Shown here: positions 1 through 9,101 of the stretch, in pieces
How positions within the stretch are numbered: the stretch's first letter is position 1
How the letters are laid out: every line of letters starts with the position of its first letter
Source of the DNA: Candidatus Obscuribacteraceae bacterium
GTDB lineage: Bacteria; Cyanobacteriota; Vampirovibrionia; Obscuribacterales; Obscuribacteraceae
DNA length: 64,000 bases
Direction of reading: 5' to 3'
Assembly (NCBI GenBank): GCA_044226015.1
Contig: JBGAHS010000006.1
Span: 64,001-128,000, forward strand
Translations under genes and position numbers: made by a program
The notes under the pieces: model-generated
Database searches by the model: none
Told to the model about the DNA's origin: nothing
Seen by the model: only the letters and a program-made list of their open reading frames with translations

Positions 1-3000
1 ACTAATACTAGTGCGTTGTCAGTGCATGGCGGTGATGCTGGACGCGTTGGTACACTCGGCGCTGGTGGTGCTGGTGGTACTGTCTCAGTAACAGCAACTG
101 CTGGAGGTCTTCTTTCTGGTGCACTGAATGTGCGTGGTGGTAACGGAGGTTCGGCTGGCAACAACACTACAGGTGGTACTGGCGGCGTGGGTAATGTGCT
201 GGGTGGTTCCGGCGGCGATATGGGAGTCACAGGCAGCGGCGGTGCTGGCGGGAGTGTAAATGTCAGCGTGACTACTGGAACGCTTGATATGAACGGTCAA
301 AACATTACTGCTGTTGGAGGTAACAGTGGAACTGCTCGTGGAAGTGGAGGCACCGGTGGTGCTTCTCTGCAGGGAAGTGGTGGTCAGGGCGGTGATGCTC
401 AAGGTTCAGGTTCCGGTGGCAGCGGTGGTACTGTGACATTGAAGTCCACAACTGGTGCGATGGTTCTTTATGGAATCAATGCCAGTGGCGGTTCAGTTTC
501 GAACTCCGTCGCAATATCTGGTGGTACTGGCGGTGCAGCGACCACTACAGGCACTGTTGGTGGAACAAATTTCGGGGGCGCTGGTGGCAATCTTGGAGTA
601 CTCGGAGACGGTGGTAAAGGTGGGCAAATTTCAATAAGTTCTACCGGTGGGACAGGAGCAATAAGAGTTCTTAACCTTATAAACTCCGATGGAGGCAATG
701 CTGGCTCTCATACTTCCGTGCTTCCGGGCGCTGGTGGCGTTGACAATGACGCACTCGGTACAGCTGGTGCTACTGGTTCTTTCACGAATGGAGGAACAGG
801 CGGAGCTGCTGGGTCTATAAGCATCAATTCTGGACAGAATGTCATCTTGTCTAACAACATATCCTTCACCTTACTTGGTGGCTCAGGCGCTTCGCTTGCT
901 TCTGCCCCTGTTCTTGCAGGTGGGGTTGGCACTGTAGGTGGTAGCGGCTCAGACGCTTCCTCTCTACACGGCGGAGCAGGAGGTGCAGGTGGGACGTTTA
1001 CCCTTGTAGCGACGACCAAAAACTTTGATCTTGCCGGAACAATAAGCAATAATGGCGGCTCAGGTGGTAGCGCTCCAGGGGGCACCGCAGGTGGTGGTAA
1101 TACTGGTGCTAGCTCATCTCTAATTGGAGGTAATGGTGGCTCAGGAGGCGTTGGAGGCGATGGTGCTAACGCTGGTACTATCACAATCAACGTAAATTCA
1201 TTGACTGGTGCCGGACAGATAAATAGCCTCGGTAGCACTAACGGTTCCGCTGGAGCTGGTGGCGTTGGCGGTGCATTGCCGAATTCCACTGGCAGCTCCG
1301 GCAATGGCGGGAATGCAGGAAATGCTGGTAAAGCAGGAAATGGCGGGGGCGTTGTAATCAATGTAAAAGCAGCATCGACCCTTCCGACAATGAACCTGAA
1401 TGGCGGAGGGCTAAGCACCGCGCCCGCAGGAGCTCTTGCTGGCGCGGTTCTGGCAGGAGGTACTGCGGGGTCCGGAGGCAATGGTGGAAACGCTGGTACG
1501 AGTGGTAATGGAGGAACCCTGACTGCTAGCTCCAGTTCTGGGGTGATTTATTTGTCCAGGTCCATCTCAGCAAACGCTGGTGGGACAGCTATTGGGGGTA
1601 GTGGTGCAAGTGGGCTCGTCGCGGACATCGTCGGTGCGGCTGGTAATGGTGGTGCCGGTGGTTCGGGTGGTAATGGCGGAAGTCTTACAGTATCGGCTGT
1701 CGGTGGAATAGTCCTGCAAAACACAGGGAACCCTCTAACTGCCAATGGCGGCAATGGGCAAACAGGTGGAGCGGGAGGCAACGATGGAACTGCCGCGTTT
1801 ATGCCATTTGCAACAGGTGGTGCAGCCGGACTGGGTGGAATTGGAGGAAACGGGGGCACCATCTCTCTGAGCTCAAGCAATGGTGGATTGAGTTCTGCCG
1901 TTGGAGCGGCATTCAATGCTACTGGCGGAGCTGGTGGTGCTGGTGGTGCTGGCGGTGCTGGCGGTAATTCAACTGCATCTTTCGGAGGTGCTGGTGCTGT
2001 TGGAGGAAAAGCTGGCTCCGGAGGCGCGGGTGGTGTGGTCTCCCTTACCTTTAATAAAGGAACGATAAGCAGCAGCAATGGATTGAGCAATGGTCTGTTT
2101 GCAATAAGCACAAACGTTTCAGGTGGACAGGGCGGACTTGGTGGCACTGGAGCTGGAGGCGGTACCGGTGTTCTATCGTCCGGTAACAGTGGCGCCGGAG
2201 GAGATGGGGGCGCCGGTGGTGCAGGAGGCGCAGGTGGTTCGCTGCTCATAAGCGCGAATGCCATAAACTTGTTTACTGGTTCTACAATTGGTGGCGGTAA
2301 TGGTGGAAATGGAGGAACTCCTGGTTTCGGAGCTGTTCTTTCGCCTTCCGCTGGCTTTGCTGATGGCTCAAGCGGAGGAAACGGAGGTAGTGGTGGCGTT
2401 GGCGGTGCCGCAGGTTCTGCGAAAATCAGTGCGACGGTCCAACTCACAATGTCCTACAATTCTACTATAAACGGAAACGGTGGTAGCGGCGGGAATGGAG
2501 CCAATGGTGGTGGCTCTACTTCATCTGGAACTTCCGGCACAGGTGGCACCGGCGGTAGTGGTGGAAATGGTGGAGCCGGCGGCAATGGCGCCAGTTCGAT
2601 AGAGTTAACAGTTTCCAAAGGAAATTTAGACCTCGGGTCTAGCAGCACATTTGGTTCAGCTACTATTAATGCAGTAGGGGGTGGATCGGGGTTCGCTGGC
2701 GGCGGTGCAAATGGCGCTAGTGGTACTGCTGGAGGTGGCAAGGGCGGTAATGTAGGCAGCATCTTTGCTGCTGGGTCTGGAGGAAGTATAAAACTCACTG
2801 CTTCTGGAACAGTAACCGTAGCCGCGCTGTCAGCTGCCGGTGGCAACGCCGGGATTGCTAACGCTGTGGCTGGCGCTGGAGGCAAAGCAACTGGAATCGT
2901 AGGTCTAGGAAACGGAGGAGACGGCGGAAATGGTGGCATTACTGGAGCTGCCGGAAATGGCGGAAGCATCCTTATTAGCTCAAGCTCTTCAAACATAGCC

Positions 3001-6000
3001 GTTTCGCAAAACTCTTTTAACCCGACTATATCTGTAAATGGTGGTATTTCCCAAAACAACTTATCCTTCGCTGGTGGTGCTGGAGGCGACTCAAGCTCTG
3101 TTACGACTTCCGTGGGTGGAAGTGCTGGTGCCGGTGCTGTTGGAGGAAAAGGTGGTTCTGGTGGTGCTTTGACTATCAGTGCTGTGAAGGGAAACCTGGT
3201 TGGACCATTCACTTTCTCAGCCCAAGGAAGTTCAGGGACAAGTGGCACAGGCAACGGTGGAGCTGGCGGTAACGGCTACCTCACCGGCGGAGCCGGTGGA
3301 ACAGGCAATTCTGCAGGCAACGGAGGGGATGGTGGAACTGTCTCAATAACGTCTCTAGGCGTCAGTCAGCTCAGCATCAATGCTTCGGGTGGCAGTGGTG
3401 GCACTATGCAAGGTTCTGGTGGTGCTGGTGGCAAGCAGACCGGCTCTCCTACTAGCGGTGGAGCTGGTGGGATAGGAGGAGCTGTGGGAGCATCCGGCAC
3501 TGGAGGAAAGGGTGGAAGCATATCAGTAAGTGTGGGAGCAAAAGGGCTGACTTTGTTGTCCGGTGGCAGCCTCAGCGCTACTGGAGGCGCTGGGGGCAGT
3601 CTCACAGGCAGTGGTGGTAATGGGGGCAGCGCTATAGACGGAGCTGGCGGCGGTGGAGGAGATGCAGGAACCATTGGGGCTGGCGGTGATGGTGGCAGCA
3701 TAACCGTAAGTGCCAATGGCACAGGTTCGATCGATCTCTCGCCGATTGCTGTTACGGCACGGGGCGGGAATTCGGGAACAGCAGTCGTGAATGGTGGTAA
3801 TGGAGGCTCATCAGTCAACGGTGCTGGTGGTTCAGGTGGAAATTCACCAATCTATCTCTCCAATTCTGGGTCGGGTGGTTCTGGTGGAAAGGGAGGTTCA
3901 ATCTCCCTGAATACTGTAACTGGAAAAATCACTGTAAATAGTCTTGTAGCTGATGGAGGTATTCTTATTGGATTAGCTTCTGGTAACGCTGGTAACGGTG
4001 GAGCCGGTGCCACATCAGGCGGGGCAGGTGGCTCTGTCGGCAATTTTGGCACAGCTGGACAAGGTGGCAATATCTTGCTCAACTCAAGCGGCACTGCCAC
4101 CACTGGCGGAGCGATTACTGTTCAGGGGGCTGTGAGTGCTAGTGGAGGCAGTGCAGGCGGAATTAACTTCGCCTCGGGTTCGGGAGGCAACGGTTCTTCG
4201 GGAGGTGCTGCAGGTACTTTTGCTAATCTTCCAGGTGGAGCAAGTGCTTCGAGCAGTTCGACAAGTCCAGCCATTAAATTATTAACAGCAGGACCGATTA
4301 GCCTCTCTGCTGCTGCTTCGCTAAATGCGGATGGTGGGTCAGGTGGAAGTTCAAATGTTAGTGTCGGAAATGCTGGCAACAGCTCAGGAACCTTAGGTGT
4401 AGCAGGTGGCAACGCTGCTTTGTTTGCAGGCTCTGGTGGTACGGGTGGGCTTATAAGCATCAGCTCTAAGTCTGCATTCAGTACCAATGGCTCTATAAGT
4501 GCCGTAGGAGGAAATGCTGGGGCTGGAGGTTCGGGTGGTGCTGGCGGAACGGCTGCTACCGTGGCTGGTCTAGGAGGTCAAGGCGGCTCTGGGACCACTG
4601 GTGGCGCAGGTGGTGCTGGCGGATCTGTGACCGTCTCTGCTTTGAGCATTAGTGACTACCGCAACTTGAACAATATAGGTATCAGTACCTCTGGCGGCAG
4701 TGCCAGTAACGGTGGAAACGGTGGACAGGGCGGATCTGGTGAGATAGGTGGAGCCGGTGGTGCGGCAGGAAATGGCGGGTCTGGTGGCAGCGCTGGTCAA
4801 ATAATCTTGCTTTCGACAGGCACAAAGACAAGCGGATTTATTAACTTCACTAACAATTTCTTTGTGACGGCTGCCGGAGCTACCGGAGCGAGCGGAGGCA
4901 TTGGCGGAGCCGGTGGCGATGGAAGTAAATTGGCAGGAATCGGCGGTAACGGTGGTAGTGGTGGCGCAGGTGGTGCTGGTGCTACTGGAAGTCTGCCGGG
5001 CACATCGGGTATATCCGTTACCTCCACAGGAGCTATTACAATAAGTGCTCAGTTCTCGGCAAGTGGAGCCAATGGTGGCTCAGCTGGTAAAGGTGCTTCG
5101 GGCGGTAATGTAACAAGTGCCGCAGTGAGTACTGCCGTAGCCGGGGCTGGAGGCAATTCCGGTTCCGCCGGAGCTGGCGGCAACGCTGGAAGCATTTCAT
5201 TCAGCAGTTCGCAATCAAATATAAGTACCTATGCACGTTCGGGTCTTGTACTTAGCGCAACAGGCGGAAATGCAGGAAATGGTGCAAATGCTGGTAACGG
5301 AGGTTCGGTAACAGATCTTGTTCTGGGTACCTCGGGAATAGGTGGTGCTGGCGGGTTCGCGGGGGCTGCTGCCAGCGGTGGCAAAGGAGGAACCATCTCG
5401 CTGAGTGCTCCGTTAGGAACAATATCAAGTGGCACTAGTGGAAATGCGCTGCTTAATGCAAGCGGTGGTTCTGCAACTAACAATGGTTATGGAGGTGGAA
5501 ATGGAGGCACTGGTGCCTTAGTCGGTGGAAGTGGCGCTGACTCATCTGCTGCTGCATCGGCTAACGGTGGTGATGGTGGCACGGTCTCAATTTCAGCATT
5601 GACTCCTTCGCTCTCGGTCCTCAACATGCCTGGCATTACAGCTAACGGTGGCAATGGATCTCGCGGGGCTGTCGGTGGGCTGGGCGCTAACGGTACTTCG
5701 GCGACTGCCGGCGGAGGAGCTGGTGGAAGTGGCGGCAATGGTGGTTCTGGCGGGAAAGGTGGTGCCATAAGCATCGCAATCAGCACCGGTCAATTGACCT
5801 TCAGCCCAGGAGCTACCCTGAGTGCTACAGGTGGCGCAGGCGGTGGCTCTGGAAATGGCTCCAACGCAGGTTCTGCCGGTGCCAGCAGCACCAGCACGGC
5901 AGACGGCGGAAACTCTGGTAATGCTGGTTCTGGGGGACAGGGCGGAAGCATAGGTATCTCAAGTACAACTGGCAGTCTTAGCTTACCTCTACTTAGTGTC

Positions 6001-7392
6001 ACAGGTGGAAATGGTGCTGACTCCTCTGCAGCAGGGGCGGGTAACAATGGAGGAAAAGGAGGCAACGCTGGAGCTTCTGCTAATGGCGGTAACGCTGGTG
6101 CCATTCAACTGACTAGCACGGCAGGTTCGATTAGCTTCTCTGCTCTTGCAACTGGAGGCGTCGCTGGTTCCAACGCAGCAGGAGCCAATGGTGGTTCAAG
6201 CAACTCCATAGCTGCTGGCAATGGTGGAAATGGTTCTGCTGGAGGTGCTGGTGGCAACGGTGGAACTGTCACTGTTAGCACAGGCAAGAATACAATCACA
6301 ATTAACTCATTAGACATCTCCGGTGGTTTTGGCAGCGCTGGTGGTGTAGGTGGTAATGGTGGCATCAGCGCTAGCGCCCAAAGTGGCAACGGCGGAAATG
6401 GTGGCAACGGCGGTATCGGTGGTAGCGCAGGAAAAAGCACCATTACATCAGCTACGCAAATTAGCCTGCTCGCCTTGCCATCTGCTAAAGGCGGAAGTGG
6501 AGGCGTCGGTGCTAATGGTGGAAATGGTGGAGTCGGTGTTCTGCCAGGAAATAATGGAGTTGGTGGCAGCGGAGCAAACGGCGGAAATGGTGGCAACATT
6601 ACATTGACCGCACCAAGCGTACTGCCGCCTGCCGTCTCAATTCCGTCCACGCAAGTTTCCGGTGGCACCGGAGGCACAGGACCCAGCGGGAACGGTAGCG
6701 CTGGAACAAATGGAAGCATTACATTACTTGATGATGGCGATTCTGACCTGAACTCGCAGAGAAACTCAAAGCCAAAAATTGCTGAATCTCAAAGCAGCGA
6801 TGCTCAAGGTTCACAGCAGCATGAGGTGTACAAGCCTGTGGCATTTGTTCAAAACGTATTGCGTTTTGCACAGCAAGACCTCCAGGCATCAAATATCTTG
6901 CTTGCTCCAAGCAAGCGCGCCGCTAGTGTCAAATGTGGAGACCTTTTGATTACTGTTGCAAAAGGTGCAGCAGCATTCGTTCTGGACAACGGTGAGAACA
7001 CTTGCGTTATGAGCTTGCATGATAATCGAAACGGTGACATCAAAGTCAGCAGTGGCAAGAACAGATTTACTCTGCGAACCAGTGAGGAATTGCTCGTGAG
7101 CCGAACTGGAGAGAGTTTTGACTCTGCACATGTGCTGCCGCAACTAGGAGTGAGAAACATCGTTTCACATCCGCTACCTGGTGGAAAGAGTGCATACTTG
7201 AGTGACTTCAGTTTGCCATCAGCTATCTGGCAACTTGACGCACTCAAGAAGCTTAAGAACTCGAACATCGCGTCAGAGCGTTCACTCTACGAGAAGATGA
7301 TGAAAAATGCTGCTGTAGTTTTGCAGTTAATGGCGAAAAAGGGAGCCTATCAGAATGCAAATGCTGTACTCGGCAAAAAGGCTAGCCTCTAG
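1..7392 (+). CDS. Giant glycine-rich repeat surface protein/adhesin (PE_PGRS-like Gly runs alternating with beta-strand spacers) with a C-terminal ~190-aa globular domain; 5' truncated
   Basis: Frame +1 is open from base 1 (TNTSALSVHGG...), so the TTG at 16 is not the true start. Over 2200 aa of GGxGGxGG runs are separated by motifs such as GGTISLSS..., followed by a polar linker (~6725-6830) and a non-repetitive C-terminal domain. Confidence 0.85.
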   Translation, partial: TNTSALSVHGGDAGRVGTLGAGGAGGTVSVTATAGGLLSGALNVRGGNGGSAGNNTTGGTGGVGNVLGGSGGDMGVTGSGGAGGSVNVSVTTGTLDMNGQNITAVGGNSGTARGSGGTGGASLQGSGGQGGDAQGSGSGGSGGTVTLKSTTGAMVLYGINASGGSVSNSVAISGGTGGAATTTGTVGGTNFGGAGGNLGVLGDGGKGGQISISSTGGTGAIRVLNLINSDGGNAGSHTSVLPGAGGVDNDALGTAGATGSFTNGGTGGAAGSISINSGQNVILSNNISFTLLGGSGASLASAPVLAGGVGTVGGSGSDASSLHGGAGGAGGTFTLVATTKNFDLAGTISNNGGSGGSAPGGTAGGGNTGASSSLIGGNGGSGGVGGDGANAGTITINVNSLTGAGQINSLGSTNGSAGAGGVGGALPNSTGSSGNGGNAGNAGKAGNGGGVVINVKAASTLPTMNLNGGGLSTAPAGALAGAVLAGGTAGSGGNGGNAGTSGNGGTLTASSSSGVIYLSRSISANAGGTAIGGSGASGLVADIVGAAGNGGAGGSGGNGGSLTVSAVGGIVLQNTGNPLTANGGNGQTGGAGGNDGTAAFMPFATGGAAGLGGIGGNGGTISLSSSNGGLSSAVGAAFNATGGAGGAGGAGGAGGNSTASFGGAGAVGGKAGSGGAGGVVSLTFNKGTISSSNGLSNGLFAISTNVSGGQGGLGGTGAGGGTGVLSSGNSGAGGDGGAGGAGGAGGSLLISANAINLFTGSTIGGGNGGNGGTPGFGAVLSPSAGFADGSSGGNGGSGGVGGAAGSAKISATVQLTMSYNSTINGNGGSGGNGANGGGSTSSGTSGTGGTGGSGGNGGAGGNGASSIELTVSKGNLDLGSSSTFGSATINAVGGGSGFAGGGANGASGTAGGGKGGNVGSIFAAGSGGSIKLTASGTVTVAALSAAGGNAGIANAVAGAGGKATGIVGLGNGGDGGNGGITGAAGNGGSILISSSSSNIAVSQNSFNPTISVNGGISQNNLSFAGGAGGDSSSVTTSVGGSAGAGAVGGKGGSGGALTISAVKGNLVGPFTFSAQGSSGTSGTGNGGAGGNGYLTGGAGGTGNSAGNGGDGGTVSITSLGVSQLSINASGGSGGTMQGSGGAGGKQTGSPTSGGAGGIGGAVGASGTGGKGGSISVSVGAKGLTLLSGGSLSATGGAGGSLTGSGGNGGSAIDGAGGGGGDAGTIGAGGDGGSITVSANGTGSIDLSPIAVTARGGNSGTAVVNGGNGGSSVNGAGGSGGNSPIYLSNSGSGGSGGKGGSISLNTVTGKITVNSLVADGGILIGLASGNAGNGGAGATSGGAGGSVGNFGTAGQGGNILLNSSGTATTGGAITVQGAVSASGGSAGGINFASGSGGNGSSGGAAGTFANLPGGASASSSSTSPAIKLLTAGPISLSAAASLNADGGSGGSSNVSVGNAGNSSGTLGVAGGNAALFAGSGGTGGLISISSKSAFSTNGSISAVGGNAGAGGSGGAGGTAATVAGLGGQGGSGTTGGAGGAGGSVTVSALSISDYRNLNNIGISTSGGSASNGGNGGQGGSGEIGGAGGAAGNGGSGGSAGQIILLSTGTKTSGFINFTNNFFVTAAGATGASGGIGGAGGDGSKLAGIGGNGGSGGAGGAGATGSLPGTSGISVTSTGAITISAQFSASGANGGSAGKGASGGNVTSAAVSTAVAGAGGNSGSAGAGGNAGSISFSSSQSNISTYARSGLVLSATGGNAGNGANAGNGGSVTDLVLGTSGIGGAGGFAGAAASGGKGGTISLSAPLGTISSGTSGNALLNASGGSATNNGYGGGNGGTGALVGGSGADSSAAASANGGDGGTVSISALTPSLSVLNMPGITANGGNGSRGAVGGLGANGTSATAGGGAGGSGGNGGSGGKGGAISIAISTGQLTFSPGATLSATGGAGGGSGNGSNAGSAGASSTSTADGGNSGNAGSGGQGGSIGISSTTGSLSLPLLSVTGGNGADSSAAGAGNNGGKGGNAGASANGGNAGAIQLTSTAGSISFSALATGGVAGSNAAGANGGSSNSIAAGNGGNGSAGGAGGNGGTVTVSTGKNTITINSLDISGGFGSAGGVGGNGGISASAQSGNGGNGGNGGIGGSAGKSTITSATQISLLALPSAKGGSGGVGANGGNGGVGVLPGNNGVGGSGANGGNGGNITLTAPSVLPPAVSIPSTQVSGGTGGTGPSGNGSAGTNGSITLLDDGDSDLNSQRNSKPKIAESQSSDAQGSQQHEVYKPVAFVQNVLRFAQQDLQASNILLAPSKRAASVKCGDLLITVAKGAAAFVLDNGENTCVMSLHDNRNGDIKVSSGKNRFTLRTSEELLVSRTGESFDSAHVLPQLGVRNIVSHPLPGGKSAYLSDFSLPSAIWQLDALKKLKNSNIASERSLYEKMMKNAAVVLQLMAKKGAYQNANAVLGKKASL

Positions 7393-7528
7393 TTCATTCT
7401 CTAAGCGCTAAGCTGCGAGGACATTGCATCAAGAAACGCGGGTATTTCGATATCCGCGTTTTGCTTTTCCATTCCACGAAAATTCGACAAATTGGCCACA
7501 TAATAATGAAAGGTTGGATGGACTGCAA

Positions 7529-8932
7529 ATGACTGAAAAATCTTATCGCCCCGAAGAGGAGTCGAAGGCAGACTCAGCTTCGACCACTGAATTGCAAAGC
7601 CGTGAGCAGTTGACGAGGGAGGCTTACAGTTCTCCCCCTTCAGTAAGTGAAAGAGACCGCTCGCATGAGAATAGTGCGGAGTTTCTTCCAAACCTGTCTA
7701 TCGATAACTCCGGGTCTGCGCCCGAGACTCTTTCCGACTCTGCCAGTCCTGAAAAAAGAAGAGATTGGCTCCAAAACAGCGCCCATCGACAAGATATCAA
7801 CCTGAAAGAAATCTGGAGCCCAGACTCGAAGGTGCTTGCGATTGGAGATATGCACGAAATGCTGAGCATAAAGAAGTGGACTGCTGATCACTTCAAGGAG
7901 CTGGCCGGAGAAGTTCACAAAGCAACTGCTTTCGCTATGGAGTTTTTGCCGAAAGATTCTCAAAAGATGCTTGATGATTATGCTCAAATTCGTCGCAGCG
8001 GACCTGCAGATCAGATTCCTGCTGCAAGAGAGAAAATTGCAGAGATGATTGCTTCGCATCAGCGTGGGCCAAACGAAAAGACTGACCCTGGAAAAGAGGA
8101 AGCGCTGCAATCTCAAATTAGTATGGTAGATGCTGCAATTGATGCCGGACTAAAGCCACTCGGAATTGAACCAAACGTACCTGGTATGTGGGTTGAAGGA
8201 ACTGGCTTTGATTTGATGAGCTCGGGAATAAGTAAGCTGCCTCAAGATGCACAGGCTTCGTTTGATGGTTTTACTAAACCGGGCAAAACGCAGGGAGAGT
8301 ATGATGAGTCCAGGCAAGTGCTTATGAATGCACTGCAAGGAAGTATGAGCCCTGAGGAATCCTCTCGCTGGATGTCGCTAGTTGAAAGTGCCAGAGATGG
8401 CGGAATGAATTTTGCTGGATTGAAGGTGGGTTCGTCCGACATGGCTAACGAGAACCTAATCGGCGAGCATCAACAAGATTGGCGTAACCGAATCTGGGCT
8501 TCAGCTGTCGCGGAACACCTTGATGGAGGCGGAAGAGTCGTGATGTTTGCTGGAGCCGCGCACTTCAAGCATGGCAAACTTGATACGCCACTGGGAAATC
8601 TTAATTCAGTGAATGAAAACTTTAGCAAACTCGGACATTCAAGCACTGTCGTTCAATTCGCTGGTGGTGATTATGTAAGCTCTGGAAGCCAGGCTAGTGA
8701 CAGAAGAAATCTATATTCTCAATACTGGGAAACTCATAAGCAGTTTGGAGTTAAACAGAGTGAAACTGGTGAATGTCCGGAAATACCAGATAGAGCAAAA
8801 TTCGATTCAATGCGTTGGACAGATGCGGCTAAAAGCGCTGGTATTCAGGGGCGAGACTTTGCTGTAAAGGTTACGCCGAGAGGTGCTCGCCAAACAGACT
8901 GGCTTATTCACTTGAAGCAGGTCTCTCAATGA
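7529..8932 (+). CDS. EreA/ChaN/TIKI-superfamily (RRSP/DUF5-like) protein with polar N-terminal leader; candidate effector
   Basis: The motifs LAIGDMH, AFAMEFL..DSQKMLDDY, AAIDAGLKPLGIE, RNRIWA and VVMFAGAAH occur in the order expected for this fold. I prefer ATG 7529 (purine-rich upstream sequence) over TTG 7424. Confidence 0.7.
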   Translation: MTEKSYRPEEESKADSASTTELQSREQLTREAYSSPPSVSERDRSHENSAEFLPNLSIDNSGSAPETLSDSASPEKRRDWLQNSAHRQDINLKEIWSPDSKVLAIGDMHEMLSIKKWTADHFKELAGEVHKATAFAMEFLPKDSQKMLDDYAQIRRSGPADQIPAAREKIAEMIASHQRGPNEKTDPGKEEALQSQISMVDAAIDAGLKPLGIEPNVPGMWVEGTGFDLMSSGISKLPQDAQASFDGFTKPGKTQGEYDESRQVLMNALQGSMSPEESSRWMSLVESARDGGMNFAGLKVGSSDMANENLIGEHQQDWRNRIWASAVAEHLDGGGRVVMFAGAAHFKHGKLDTPLGNLNSVNENFSKLGHSSTVVQFAGGDYVSSGSQASDRRNLYSQYWETHKQFGVKQSETGECPEIPDRAKFDSMRWTDAAKSAGIQGRDFAVKVTPRGARQTDWLIHLKQVSQ

Positions 8933-9019
8933 GAATGAAAGAAAATGTCATTTCGATAGTAAACATTTTCGATTTGACCTGCTCACGAAATTGTATTTTT
9001 TCTGAATAAAAGAACAAGA

Positions 9020-9050
9020 TAGGGCTGTCAGGATTTTCCTGGCAGCCCTA
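9020..9050 (-). terminator. Intrinsic terminator between convergent genes
   Basis: TAGGGCTGTCAGGA-TTT-TCCTGGCAGCCCTA forms a 14-bp stem with 1 mismatch. The T-rich tail is on the minus strand (TCTTGTTCTTTTATT). Confidence 0.75.
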
Positions 9051-9101
9051 ATTACTCATTTTCAAGCTCAAGGTCGCCACTAAACAGTAAGTTACTGCCT
9101 T

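Noticed and set aside
468..6719. Many Pro-rich minus-strand ORFs
   Set aside because: They are antisense shadows of GGN codons in the Gly-rich gene.
1..6725. PE_PGRS, RTX or collagen assignment for the giant protein
   Set aside because: No PE domain is visible and the context is not actinobacterial. It lacks GGxGxDxL nonapeptides and sustained G-X-Y collagen triplets.
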